Positions 1 through 10,636 of a stretch of 64,000 nucleotides of DNA are shown in pieces; the first letter of the stretch is position 1; the number at the start of each line of letters is the position of its first letter. The notes beneath the pieces are model-generated. The model did no database searches, was not told the DNA's origin, and saw nothing but the letters and a program-made list of their open reading frames with translations. A program made the position numbers and the translations under genes. Source of the DNA: an uncultured Chthonomonadaceae bacterium (GTDB lineage: Bacteria; Armatimonadota; Chthonomonadetes; Chthonomonadales; Chthonomonadaceae); assembly GCA_963817895.1 (NCBI GenBank), contig CAWFQB010000005.1, positions 576,001-640,000 on the forward strand, read 5' to 3'.

Positions 1-1619
1 CAGGATATGAAAGAAGCGCTGGAGCGGCAGGACAGCGCGGCGACGTTTTTCCTCGCGGGGCAGGCGCAGAAGGCGCGTGACCAGTATCAGGCGAACTGGA
101 CGCGGTTTCGGGACGCTTATCAGATCGAAGCGCACAACATCACGGAGCAGGGCGAACAGCAGATTGCGGATGACATCGGGCGCAAGTTTACCGCGTATCG
201 TCAGAATGTGGAACGACTGCTGTACGCCAGTCCCGCCATGCCGCCGGAAGCAGGCGCGGACGTATTACTTTGGCACATTGGAGCCGGACTTTACGCGCTT
301 GAAGCAGCGGGCGCAGGACGTGCTGGATATAAATCAGCAGGCGATTGTGCAGGCGGACGAACAGGCCAAAGCGGAAGCCCGCCGCGCCTCGTTTAACAGT
401 ATCGCGGTGACGGTGGGCGCGTTCGTTTTGTCCCTGCTGCTTGTGCCCTGGACGATTCGGCGCTACGCTGCTCGCCATTGCGGTCGCTTGCGCGGCAGGC
501 CGAAGAGATCGGCGTGGGGCATTTGAATCAGCGCATTGAACTGAACCGCGCCGGATGAAATCGGCGCACTGGCCGCCGTCATTCAATCAGATGGCGGAAA
601 AATTGCGGGACGCGCGGCAGGTGGAAGAGCGAGCGGCTGCATCTGGCGGAGCGCATGTCGGATGCCGCGCTGGAGAGTTTGTACGACCCGGTGATCGTGA
701 CCAATGGCGCGGGACGGATCGCGCATCTCAACCCGGCTGCGGAGGGTTTGTTCGGCCCGGTGGCAAAGGCAAAATCGCGTCCCATTGCGCAGGTCGTGGA
801 GGACAAAGCGATAGCGGATGCCGTGACGCGGGCCATTCATCAGGAGCGGGTTTCGGCTGCGGAAGACGAGGCCGGGTTTGTCACGCGCAAAATGGGCGAA
901 GTGGAGCGCGCGTATCGCCTGCGCGCCAGTCCCATGCGCGACGAGGATGGCAGCGTGTTGGGAGCCGTCGTCGTGCTGGAAGACATCACGCATCTGCGCG
1001 AACTGGACCGATTGAAAACCGAATTTATCGGCGTGGCGTCCCACGAACTGCGAACGCCCGTGACCAGCCTGCTGCTGTCCGTGCAATTGCTTCAGGAGGG
1101 CGCAGTCGGGAGAACTCACGCCCGACCAGAAGGAAGTAATCGCCGCGCAGCGCGACGATCTGGAACGGCTGGAACGCATGATGCGCGACCTGCTGGACGT
1201 GACCCGATCTGGAAGCGGGCGTGACGCCGCCCCGCTTTGAGATTGTCCCATCCGGACGAGTTGGCGACAGCGGCGATGCAGGCTGTGGACGCTTCCGCGA
1301 ACGCAAAGGGCGTAGAACTGAAGCGCGATTGGCCGGACGACTTTGCCTCCGGTTCGCGCCGACCGCAATCAGATCACGCGCGTTCTGGTCAATCTGCTCA
1401 ACAACGCCGTTCGGCATACGCCCGCCGGGGGAAGCGTCACCGTCCGCGTTCATCAGGAGCGGCGAGCGTGATTGTTTTCAGGTAGCAGACACGGGAACGG
1501 GAATTCCCGCCGATTACTTGCCGCACATTTTCGAGCGGTTCGTGCAGGTTCCGGGCGCAACGCGGGGCGGCGCGGGGTTGGGCTTGTCCATCGCCCAAAC
1601 CATATCTGAAAGCGCATAA
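1..1619 (+). CDS. Sensor histidine kinase (4HB sensor-TM-HAMP-PAS-HisKA-HATPase), 5' truncated by the window and split by several frameshifts
   Basis: Fragments in consecutive frames: HAMP-like FNQMAEKLR, PAS-like ALESLYDPVIVTNGAGRI, H-box FIGVASHELRTPVTS, G-boxes VADTGTGIP / FERFVQ / GGAGLGLSI. Confidence 0.85.
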
Positions 1620-1715
1620 CAGCGAAATCAAAGCCGTGGAAAGCGAGCCTGAGGTAAGGGAGCGACCTTCACGTTCACATTGCCGCAAAGTCAATAAGAG
1701 AGCAAGGGTAAGAAA

Positions 1716-2475
1716 ATGGCGCGTATTCTGATCGTGGATGATGAAAATAACATTCGCATGATGGTTCGATTGGCCTTGCAGCACGTCGGGCATACCGTAG
1801 AAACAGCGGCGGATGGCACGGAAGGTCTGCAGAAATTCGGCAACGGCAGCAATTTCGATCTGGTGTTGCTGGATCAGCGGATGCCGGGATTGGAGGGGCT
1901 GGATGTTCTCAAGCAGATGCGCTATCAGCATCCTACCGCTAAAATCATCATGGCGACCGCGTTCGGCACGATTGACCTGGCGGTAGACGCGATGAAATCG
2001 GGCGCGACCGACTTCCTGCGCAAGCCCTTCACAGCGGAAACCCTGCGTGGAGCCGTTCAATCCGCTTTAAAGGACAACGCATTCCAACGCCCAACGCCCC
2101 AACACCCGACACCCGACAGCCCGTTCCGGCGTAACGTTCGGCTCCACGACAATCAACGGCTTTCGTATCGAGTTCAAGGCCGGGTCGGGCCAGCACATCG
2201 GCGGCGGGTTCCGGCAGGTGTTCACGGTGCGCAGTCCGGGCGGCGAAAACGCGGCCTGCACGGTGGACTTGCCCGCGTATGTGACGGAACTGGTGAAGGC
2301 GCATGCCGACTGCGAACAGATGCCGGGCAATGACCGTTTCTGGCAGGCGTTGTGCGAGGAAGCGCTGGCAAACCATCTGTGGCAAAACGCCGAACTGCCC
2401 GCCAATTCGCAAATGCGCATCGAAGAATTGACGACCGGGCTACGGCGTTTTGTGGATACAGTGATGGCGGCGTAG
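1716..2475 (+). CDS. Response regulator (receiver domain) with an uncharacterised C-terminal domain; one frameshift near 2130
   Basis: ILIVDDE...VLLDQRMPG...MATAFG...FLRKPF; ORF 2218-2475 continues in another frame. Confidence 0.85.
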
Positions 2476-2481
2476 TCTGAA

Positions 2482-2528
2482 GCCCTCATCCCCAACCCTT
2501 CTCCAACTTGGGAGAAGGGTGGGATGGC
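2482..2528. repeat. Palindromic element, CCCTTCTCCC...GGGAGAAGGG family
   Basis: gccctcatccccaacccttctccaacttgggagaagggt; related copies near 30616, 35621 and 58776. Confidence 0.75.
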
Positions 2529-2552
2529 TTGAAATTTTCGGGAAAGGCGACA

Positions 2553-4498
2553 ATGGCATTTTTAGACCGACTGTTGGGCAGGCCGCTGGCAACGCATGAA
2601 GAGGATGAGCAAAAAGTCGGCGTGTTCGCGGGCATTCCCATGCTGGGACTGGACGCGCTTTCGTCGTCGGCGTATGGCCCGGAAGCCGCGCTGACAATTT
2701 TAATTCCCCTCGGCGCGCTCGGACTGGTATACATCGGCCCGATTATCGGCGTGATTCTCGCCCTGCTGACAATTCTGTACTTTTCGTATCGGCAGACCAT
2801 TGCCGCCTATCCGGGCGGCGGCGGCTCGTACACTGTGGCAAAGGAGAATCTGGGAACGCCGGCGGGGCTGCTGGCCGCTGCCGCGCTGCTGCTGGATTAC
2901 GTGATGAACGTGGCGGTCGGCATTTCGGCCGGTATGGGCGCGCTGATTTCCGCCGTGCCCGTCACTGCATCGCTACTTGCTGCCCCTGTGCCTGCTCGCG
3001 CTGGTCTTTGTCGCGTTTATCAATTTGCGCGGCGTTCGCGAATCGGGACTGGCGTTCGCGTTGCCGACCTATTTGTTTGTCGGCACACTTACGATTGTGC
3101 TTGTGGTGGGGTTGGGCAAAGCGTTGATGAGCGGCGGGCATCCCGTTCCGGTTGTCGCGGCGCCTGCCCTGCCCGCCGCGACGGGCGCGATTACGCTGTG
3201 GCTGCTGCTGCGCGCGTTTGCCAGCGGGTGTACCGCGATGACGGGCGTGGAGGCGGTCAGCAACGGCGTCACGGCCTTTGCCAAACCCGCTGTCGTGAAC
3301 GCGCAGCGCACACTGACGGCGATTGTCGTGATTCTGGGCGTTTTGCTTGCCGGGATCGCGTTTCTGGCCCGCGCCTACCACATCGGGGCGATAGACCCGG
3401 ACAGTCCCGCTTACGACAGCATTATTTCGCAGCTTGTGGGCGCGGTTGCCGGAAGGGGCATTTTCTATTACATCACGATTGGCAGCGTTCTCGCCGTGCT
3501 TGCGCTTTCCGCCAATACCAGTTTCGCGGACTTTCCGCGCCTGTGCCGACTGGTGGCGCAGGACGATTTTCTGCCCCATGCGTTTGCCAACCGGGGGCGG
3601 CGGCTCGTGTACTCCTACGGCATCGCCATTTTGACGGTTTCCGCCGGCATTTTGCTGGTCGCGTTCGGCGGCGTAACGGATCGCTTGATTCCCCTTTTCG
3701 CTATCGGCGCGTTTCTGGCTTTTGCGCTGTCACAGGCGGGCATGGTCGTGCATTGGAAGCGGGTTGGCGGCGCGAAATCGCAGGCGTCCCTGTTCGTCAA
3801 CGGATTGGGCTGCGTGGTCACAGTGATTGCGCTTGATAATCGTAATTCTCGCCAAGTTTGCCGAGGGCGCGTGGGTCACGCTGCTGTTGATTCCCGCTTC
3901 CCTGATGGTTTTCTACCGCGTCAAGGCGCATTACGCACATGTGGCGCAGGAAATCCATTGCCCGCGCCCCCTCGATTTGAAACGCATACAGCCGCCCGTT
4001 GTCGTGGTTCCCGTCAAGGCATGGAATACGATTTCGGAACGCGCCCTGCAATTCGCGCTGCAAATGTCGCCGGACGTGATTGCCGTTCACATCAGCGCGG
4101 ACGAGGGCGCGGCGTATGGCTTGCGGATGCAATGGGCGCAGTTTGTCGAGGAGCCGATTGAAAAAGCCGGATTGCCGCAGCCGCGCCTGATACTGCTGAT
4201 GTCGCCGTATCGCCGCCTGTTCAATCCCCTGATTAATTTCATCAACCAGTTGAAAGAGGAATATCCCACGCGCCAGATCGCCGTGATTATCCCCGAACTC
4301 GTGGAAAAGCGCTGGTATCAGTATCTGTTGCACAATCAGCGCGCGACGGGTTTGAAAGCCGCCCTGTTGTTGAAAGGCGACAGCCGGGTTGTGGTTATCA
4401 ATGTGCCGTGGTATTTGGGCGAAACCACAGCGGACCCGGTTGGCGATAACGACTCGACGGCCTTCGCGTTTCGGGAGGAGGTAACCGATGCCGACTGA
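2553..4498 (+). CDS. APC-family permease, KimA/YdaO-like K+ transporter; two frameshifts
   Basis: DALSSSAYGPEA, SYRQTIAAYPGGGGSYTVAKENLG, FASGCTAMTGVEAVSNG, ANTSFADFPRL, C-terminal SPYR...IPELV...LHNQ domain. Confidence 0.9.
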
Positions 4499-5639
4499 GG
4501 AGGATACGCCGCGCCGTCCCACGCCCGAAGAGATACTGGCAAAGGTGAACGCGGAGGAGAAAAAGCAGAAACGCGGACGCCTGAAAGTGTTTCTCGGCTT
4601 TGCGGCGGGCGTGGGCAAATCGTATGAGATGCTCAACGAGGCCAACCGCCGCAAGCAGCGGGGGCAGGATGTGGTTATCGGTTACATCGAAACCCACAAG
4701 CGCAAGGGAACCGAGGAGCAGTTAGGCGATCTGGAAACCGTTCCGCGCAAGCAGATCGAATACCGGGGAACCACGCTCGAAGAGATGGATACGGAAGCCA
4801 TTCTCGTCCGCCGTCCGCAATGGGCCGTTGTGGACGAACTGGCCCATGCAAACGTGCCGGGTTCGGTTCGCGCTAAACGCTGGCAGGACGTGGAGATTTT
4901 GCTGGAAGCGGGTATTCATGTGCTGACGGCGATGAACGTGCAGCATCTGGAGAGCCTGAACGATACGGTTTTCGACATTACGGGCATCCGGGTGCGCGAA
5001 ACCGTTCCCGACTGTATCATACGCGACGCGGGCGAAATAAAGATGGTGGACATCACGCCCCGCTCCCTCATTCACCGGCTGGAACGCGGCGACATTTACG
5101 CGCCCGACAAGGTGCAGCAATCCCTTCAAAACTGGTTCCGCGAGGGCAATCTGAACGCCCTGCGCGAGATCGCGCTGCGGGAAGTGGCGCACGAGGTGGA
5201 TGAGGACGTGGCCGCGTACCGCAGGGAGCGCAACGTCAGGGAGACGTGGGCCACGCATGACCGCGTAATGGTGTGCATCAGCCCTGACCAATCTTCGCTG
5301 CGATTATTGCGGCGCGGCTGGCGGATCGCGGGGCGGCTTCACGCGGAATTGGTGGCCGTGTACGTGGAAAACAAGCCGACGGACGAGGAGCAGAAGCAGA
5401 TATTGAAGGATGATTTCGCGCTTGCGGATCGCCTGAAAGTGCCGGTTGTCACGCTGCACGGCGATGTGGCGAACGAGATTATCCGCTACGCCCGCGAAAA
5501 CCAGATCACGCAAATCGTCATCGGCCATTCGGACCGGACGCGCTTTCAGGAGTTCGTCAAGGGTTCCATCATCAACAAACTAACCTTCGCCCTCCGCAAT
5601 GTGGATATTCTCATCGTCGCCTCGTCAGAAGAAGCGTAG
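4488..5639 (+). CDS. kdpD: Stand-alone KdpD N-terminal sensor domain plus USP domain (no TM or kinase part)
   Basis: RGRLKVFLGFAAGVGKSYEML, VDELAHAN, KRWQDVE, NVQHLESLND, FREGNLNALRE; USP-like C-terminus. Confidence 0.9.
   Translation: MPTEEDTPRRPTPEEILAKVNAEEKKQKRGRLKVFLGFAAGVGKSYEMLNEANRRKQRGQDVVIGYIETHKRKGTEEQLGDLETVPRKQIEYRGTTLEEMDTEAILVRRPQWAVVDELAHANVPGSVRAKRWQDVEILLEAGIHVLTAMNVQHLESLNDTVFDITGIRVRETVPDCIIRDAGEIKMVDITPRSLIHRLERGDIYAPDKVQQSLQNWFREGNLNALREIALREVAHEVDEDVAAYRRERNVRETWATHDRVMVCISPDQSSLRLLRRGWRIAGRLHAELVAVYVENKPTDEEQKQILKDDFALADRLKVPVVTLHGDVANEIIRYARENQITQIVIGHSDRTRFQEFVKGSIINKLTFALRNVDILIVASSEEA
5500..5622 (+). repeat. Direct repeat copy 1 (kdpD 3' end); copy 2 at 6920-7042
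   Basis: ccagatcacgcaaa...ttcgtcaagggttccatcatcaacaaactaaccttcgccct...attctcat shared by both copies. Confidence 0.95.
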
Positions 5640-5698
5640 GCGAATGACGCGGCCTGCTGCAAAAGTTTATCACGCAGTTGATAAGAAACAACCCTGAT

Positions 5699-5729
5699 AT
5701 GATACAATATCCTCATAATCATGTATCAT
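5699..5729 (+). promoter_or_regulatory. Putative TA operator overlapping an extended -10
   Basis: Inverted repeat ATGATACA-N15-TGTATCAT overlapping TGaTACAAT, just upstream of RBS GAGGAG and ATG 5746. Confidence 0.5.
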
Positions 5730-5745
5730 CTGTGAGGAGAATGCT

Positions 5746-6003
5746 ATGTCACTTTTAGACATCACAAACGTTTCTGAGGCGGCAAAAGCGTCCGTTGCCT
5801 CTTCCAACGAACCGAACCGACAGAAGATTGGCTCGACAGATCAGGACGCGGCTACTTCTGCTGAGACAACCGCCTCCATAGTTCAACATCTTCTGGCGCA
5901 AGGTTTGCGCATGGAGGACATTATCATGCCGGGTTCCGCCAAAGATGTAGGTATTTATGTGGCGGATGATTTCGATGCGCCCTGTGAAGATTTTGAGGAT
6001 TAG
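5746..6003 (+). CDS. VapB-type antitoxin
   Basis: Small acidic ORF ending PGSAKD..IYVADDFDAP.EDFED, directly upstream of a PIN toxin. Confidence 0.75.
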   Translation: MSLLDITNVSEAAKASVASSNEPNRQKIGSTDQDAATSAETTASIVQHLLAQGLRMEDIIMPGSAKDVGIYVADDFDAPCEDFED

Positions 6004-6008
6004 CTCTG

Positions 6009-6416
6009 ATGGATTTGCTGATGGATACGCATACTTTCATCTGGTTTATTCAAGACAATCCCCTGTTAGGAATAAAGGCCAAAACCCTGTTAATGGATGG
6101 AACCAATGACAGATGGTTGAGCATTGTCAGCATTTGGGAAATGGCGATAAAAGTACAAACGGGAAAATTGGTTTTTCCAAAACCCTTCCGTACTTTTATC
6201 TCTGAACAGTTGTCCCTCAATAAAATCAGGGTGTTGCCACTGGAGTTTGAGCAGGCGTGTTCTGTTTGCGATCTGGAGTATGCAACCGATCCCGAAGGAA
6301 AGAAACACAAAGACCCATTTGATCGAATGATTGTTGCACAAAGTAAACTGGCAGGATTTCCCTTGTTGAGCAATGAGCAAATATTTGAACACTATGGTGT
6401 CGTCAGGATATGGTAA
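6009..6416 (+). CDS. vapC: VapC PIN-domain toxin
   Basis: LLMDTHTFIW, SIVSIWEMAIK, HKDPFDRMIVAQ. Confidence 0.93.
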   Translation: MDLLMDTHTFIWFIQDNPLLGIKAKTLLMDGTNDRWLSIVSIWEMAIKVQTGKLVFPKPFRTFISEQLSLNKIRVLPLEFEQACSVCDLEYATDPEGKKHKDPFDRMIVAQSKLAGFPLLSNEQIFEHYGVVRIW

Positions 6417-6798
6417 AACCATACCAACAAGAACGTATGGATTGGCATTATCCGGGCGTATTCATCACGTTTCATCATTCGGCTTCCGATCCGCCGATTG
6501 GCATCCATTAGTAGCGCAACTCCTGAGCATGTGTCAGGAATCAACTACTATAAAGAAGGTTCACATGTCATCCGTTCCATAGATTATATTACTAATTATA
6601 TGTAATGTGATTAATAAATAGAGTATGAATTCAGCGCAATATAGAGTAATATTCCTTCTCGCTTGCTTGTTCGTTCAGGACAGAGGAAGGAGCGTTTTTA
6701 TGAGGCAGAACCAAAATTCGGCTTTGCTGGATGCAGCAATACCAAAACAATAGAATATCAAGACAGCGCCTGCGCCCGTAGCGGAACCTGCTGCCTTC

Positions 6799-7059
6799 TT
6801 GACCGATGCGGAAATCAACCGAATAGGCAAGGAGAAATACGCGCAGGAGTTTGCAACCTTCGTGGACACAAAAGAGAATCAGGGCAAACTCTTTCTGTTG
6901 AATGTCGTCACAGACGACTACCAGATCACGCAAACCGTCATCGAGCATTCCGACCGAACCCGCTTTCAAGAATTCGTCAAGGGTTCCATCATCAACAAAC
7001 TAACCTTCGCCCTGCGCGCCGTTGACATTCTCATTGTCGCCGCCGCGGAAGATGGTTGA
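6799..7059 (+). pseudogene. Chimeric remnant: small hypothetical N-terminus fused in frame to the duplicated KdpD/USP C-terminus
   Basis: C-terminal QITQTVIEHSDRTRFQEFVKGSIINKLTFALRAVDILIVA nearly identical to the end of 4488-5639. Confidence 0.75.
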
Positions 7060-7096
7060 ATTCAGTCTATGCAGACCAAAACCTGTGTCGGACTTG

Positions 7097-7126
7097 TTGA
7101 CAATTCTTCCTCTTTCCTCTTATAAT
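7097..7126 (+). promoter_or_regulatory. Sigma70 promoter
   Basis: TTGACA-N18-TATAAT upstream of the histidine kinase gene. Confidence 0.75.
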
Positions 7127-7167
7127 GGAATTTGTCTTCTTCGATGACTCCATAGACAAGGCGTATC

Positions 7168-8457
7168 ATGCGTCTGGAATTTCATCGTTCGTTTGCTCAA
7201 TGCGTCTTTTCAACGGTTTGTTCTCCAAAGGTTTGTATGGACACTACAACGCGGCAGATGTGGCAACTGAATAAGTATATGTGGATGAGCCTGACGTTTC
7301 TGCTCGTTTACATCCCCCTCGCGTACCGGCAGGGCGTTTTTGAAGCGCCCTTCGGCGTAGTCTGCGCCGTGTACTGCGCGGGCATTGCGGAGGGTGGGCT
7401 GCGCACATGGCTGGGGCTGCGGAGGGGAGGCAATCTCACCGCCCGCGCTTCCTCGCTGTTCAACAATCTGGAAATCGCGCTGATGACGGTCGCGATTGCC
7501 ATCAGCGGCGGCATCCACAGTGATCTATGGCTGCTGTACTTTGTCGTGATGATGTTCGAGGCTTTGTACGCGACCCGGCGAAGCAAAAATCTGCTCGATG
7601 TCAAAATGACATGCTTCTATCTTTTGGGAACCCTGCCCCGTCAAATATTGTCGGCTTATACCGATCCGCTTCACATTTATGCCCGGTTGTTTTTGTCGCA
7701 TCTGTTCTTTTTGATTACGGTCAGCGCGGTGGCGCGGCGTATCAGCGTCAACAACGAGGAGCGTAATCTCGAACTCGTGCTGCTGCGGGAACAGCGGGCA
7801 ACCGCGGAAGAGCGCGCCCGCATCGCCCGCGAAGTGCATGACAGCCTGGGACACGCGCTTGTCGGCAGCATTTTGCGGCTGGAACTGGCCTCCCGGCTCG
7901 TTGCGCGTGACCCACAGGAGGCGGAAACGATCTTGCGCGAAGAGGTTCCGGCCCTGCGCGCGGCCTGGAACGAGTGGCGCGATCTGGCGTTTCATCTGCG
8001 TTCCTGGGATGAAATGACGGAGGGAGAGGATTTGCCCGCGCTGCTGCGCCGCCATAGCGCCCGCTTTGCCGAGCGTACCGGCCTGCGCGTTGTCCTGCGC
8101 GTGGAGGGAGAATTAGAAGCGGAGAGCCAGGAAGCAGGCGGAAGCAGGGGAAGCGCGTGGCAATTGCGCCCCGCGCTGTCGTTTGCCCTGACGCGCATTG
8201 TGCAGGAAGCGCTGACAAACGTGGCCCGCTATGCCCACGCCACGAACATTACGATTACGTTGTCTCAGCCCGCGCCGCAGGAGATATTATGCGTTATCGC
8301 GGACGATGGACAGGGGTTTGATGTGGAAACACAGGCGACCGGCATTGGCCTGGTCTCCATGCGGGAGCGTATTGAAACACTGGGCGGAACATTTTCCCTG
8401 CAAAGCGCCCCCGGACAGGGAACCACTGTGAGAGTAGGGGCAAATGATAAGGGATAA
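7168..8457 (+). CDS. Membrane sensor histidine kinase, HisKA_3 (NarX/DesK type); no cognate regulator adjacent
   Basis: EERARIAREVHDSLGH, RIVQEALTNVARYA, DDGQGFD, GIGLVSMRER; multi-TM N-terminus (true start may be ATG 7237). Confidence 0.92.
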   Translation: MRLEFHRSFAQCVFSTVCSPKVCMDTTTRQMWQLNKYMWMSLTFLLVYIPLAYRQGVFEAPFGVVCAVYCAGIAEGGLRTWLGLRRGGNLTARASSLFNNLEIALMTVAIAISGGIHSDLWLLYFVVMMFEALYATRRSKNLLDVKMTCFYLLGTLPRQILSAYTDPLHIYARLFLSHLFFLITVSAVARRISVNNEERNLELVLLREQRATAEERARIAREVHDSLGHALVGSILRLELASRLVARDPQEAETILREEVPALRAAWNEWRDLAFHLRSWDEMTEGEDLPALLRRHSARFAERTGLRVVLRVEGELEAESQEAGGSRGSAWQLRPALSFALTRIVQEALTNVARYAHATNITITLSQPAPQEILCVIADDGQGFDVETQATGIGLVSMRERIETLGGTFSLQSAPGQGTTVRVGANDKG

Positions 8458-8498
8458 GGGCAGCCATTACAAGTTAAGGGCACAGGAGGTATGGCTAA

Positions 8499-8600
8499 GA
8501 GCCTATCCCAACAGGCGATTGCATTTGCGTCCGAAGGACGCTTGGCCGTAGGCCACTCAGACGGGTACGTTCTCTGTACCCGGCCTATTGGGATAGGCTC
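8499..8600. mobile_element. MITE, IS5/IS1031-like ends
   Basis: 17-bp terminal inverted repeats GAGCCTATCCCAAcAGG / CCTaTTGGGATAGGCTC with TAA on both sides. Confidence 0.8.
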
Positions 8601-8782
8601 TAACTCCAACATTTCCGCAGATTGCCCTTTGCGTCTGCGTTTGACAATGCCCGGGGCGTTATTTTGGTGGGCGCGCAAGCAGGCAACCGGGTCGGTGGCT
8701 TCGCCGCGCCGAAAGGCCCGGGCGAAGTGGCACAGCCCGCGATACACCCTTTCATACGAAACGCAGGCTCCGGCGCTCGAAG

Positions 8783-8808
8783 GGAACTTCTGCTTCTCGT
8801 GGATTGTT
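8783..8808 (+). promoter_or_regulatory. Putative autoregulated ECF (SigH/SigR-type) promoter
   Basis: GGAAC-N18-GTT ending 9 nt before ATG 8818. Confidence 0.6.
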
Positions 8809-8817
8809 GAGAGAAAT

Positions 8818-9465
8818 ATGCGGACACAGGATACGATTGAAGCAGCGGACGCTGAAGCATTGGAAGCAGGCAGCAACGCGACGCCGGAACCAAACAACGG
8901 CGCGGCGGATCGTCGCGCCGCTTATACGCGCCTGATACTGGCGCAGGAAGCCACGCTTTTACGCGCGGCCCGTCGCCTGTGCGGGCGCAATGAGGATCAC
9001 GCGCAGGACTTGACGCAGGAGGCGCTGGTGCGCGGGTACGAGGCATTTCTGGCGGGGCGATTTACGGAAGGAACCAACGCGCGCGCCTGGCTGCTGCGAA
9101 TTCTAACCAACTTCTACATCAACGAATATCGCCATGCCCAAAAATGGAGCGCGGGCGTTGACGTGGATACCCTGACTTCGCAGGGCGAGGCCAGCCCGGA
9201 AAACCTCCGCGCCGCTCCTGCCGACCGCCCCGAAGACGCCCTGCTGTCCCCCACTCTGGACGAGCCGCTGGAACGCGCCCTTGCCGCGCTGTCGGAAGAA
9301 CTGCGCACCTGCGTCCTTCTTGTGGATGTTCAGGAACTGGACTACGCTGAAGCCGCGACTGAACTCAAAATTCCCATTGGAACCGTCCGTTCGCGCCTGT
9401 CCCGCGCCCGCAAAACACTGCATACCCTGCTCTACGATTACGCGCAGGAACGAAGGAGGGCTTGA
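8818..9465 (+). CDS. ECF sigma factor, SigH/SigR-like
   Basis: AQDLTQEAL, FTEGTNARAWLLRILTNFYINEYR, region 4 YAEAATELKIPIGTVRSRLSRAR. Confidence 0.92.
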   Translation: MRTQDTIEAADAEALEAGSNATPEPNNGAADRRAAYTRLILAQEATLLRAARRLCGRNEDHAQDLTQEALVRGYEAFLAGRFTEGTNARAWLLRILTNFYINEYRHAQKWSAGVDVDTLTSQGEASPENLRAAPADRPEDALLSPTLDEPLERALAALSEELRTCVLLVDVQELDYAEAATELKIPIGTVRSRLSRARKTLHTLLYDYAQERRRA

Positions 9466-9770
9466 CCATTATGCCATCTGAACACAACGCCGAATTGCCG
9501 CGAACGCTCGAACCCTGCGAACACATGGAAACCTGGGTCAACGGATTGGCGGATGACACGCTCAAAGGCCCCGCCCGCCTGTATACCAAATTCCACATCA
9601 CGACCTGTTCCAAATGCCGCAACGCGCTGGCCGGCCTGAAAGACGTGCATGACCGCCTGAGCGAACTGGAACACGCGCCGGAAGCAGACCCAAACGCCGC
9701 CTGCTCGCTAACGCCGGAACGCCGCGAGGCCCTGAATGTAGGAATGTCAGGCGTGGAACAGCAAAAATAG
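9462..9770 (+). CDS. Soluble zinc-binding anti-sigma factor (ZAS, RshA/RsrA-like)
   Basis: C...HITTCSKC (HxxxCxxC), no TM segment, overlaps sigma stop codon. Confidence 0.8.
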   Translation: MTIMPSEHNAELPRTLEPCEHMETWVNGLADDTLKGPARLYTKFHITTCSKCRNALAGLKDVHDRLSELEHAPEADPNAACSLTPERREALNVGMSGVEQQK

Positions 9771-9862
9771 CAACAGGACATGCAGTTATCTCGACTGGCG
9801 GCGCGCCCCGCTTTGTCTGCTCGTGATACAAACATGACGAAGACAAATTTGAACGGAATGAA

Positions 9863-10438
9863 ATGGATGTCACGGTGATGAGAGTACGACACTCTGGTTT
9901 ACGGTTTTTGGGATTACTCGGCGCAGTAGCGACGCTTGGGAGTGGGGCGGTGTTGGCGATGGGGCAGAACCGGGAAGACAAACCCGCGCGCGAACTGGTC
10001 GGCGGGCCGTGGCTCAATACGCGGCAGGGGACGCCCGTAACCCTCGCGTCGCGCAAAGGAAAAGTAACTCTGGTGCATTTCTGGACGTATGGCTGCATCA
10101 ACTGCCGTCACAACCTGCCCGCTTACGCCCGACTGCAAAAGCGGTTTGCCGCGCGGGATGTGCAGATCATAGGCGTACACACCCCGGAAACGCCGGGTGA
10201 GAAATCCGCCGCGAATGTGGCTCGCGCCATCAAACAGCATGACATCACCTATCCCGTGCTTGTGGACGGCAATAGCGCGAATTGGGAGCGCTGGGGGCAG
10301 CATTACTGGCCTACGGTGTATCTGCTCGACAAACAGGGGCATATTCGCGATCAATGGGAGGGCGAACTTGCTTACAATGGCGCGAACGGCGAAGCGCAGG
10401 TAGAACGCCGCATCACGGAACTGCTTCAGGAAAAATAA
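9863..10438 (+). CDS. Exported redoxin (TlpA/DipZ-type thioredoxin domain)
   Basis: Signal peptide; VHFWTYGCINC, IGVHTPE, YWPTVYLLDKQG. Confidence 0.9.
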   Translation: MDVTVMRVRHSGLRFLGLLGAVATLGSGAVLAMGQNREDKPARELVGGPWLNTRQGTPVTLASRKGKVTLVHFWTYGCINCRHNLPAYARLQKRFAARDVQIIGVHTPETPGEKSAANVARAIKQHDITYPVLVDGNSANWERWGQHYWPTVYLLDKQGHIRDQWEGELAYNGANGEAQVERRITELLQEK

Positions 10439-10540
10439 CTTTTCGATAGTACGACGGGACAGGAAACAACATTACATTGCAGGAATGTGACCCACGTATA
10501 TGGAAACAAGGTTTCGTACAAATATAAGTTCCCAATCCGG

Positions 10541-10620
10541 CGTAGGGGCACCCCCCGTGTTTGCCCCGGTCATTGTAGGGGCAAACCCCCGTGTTTGCCC
10601 GAACCCGTGTTTGCCCGAAC
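10541..10620. repeat. GTAG-type REP cluster
   Basis: Two GTAGGGGCA...TGCCC hairpins plus repeated cccgtgtttgccc units. Confidence 0.7.
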
Positions 10621-10636
10621 TTTGTAGGAGGGCGTC

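Noticed and set aside
2476..2552. c-di-AMP (ydaO) riboswitch before the KimA-like gene
   Set aside because: The gap is under 80 nt and is filled by the palindromic repeat.
8491..8817. N-terminal extension of the ECF sigma ORF
   Set aside because: It runs through a MITE and the promoter; ATG 8818 fits the domain start better.
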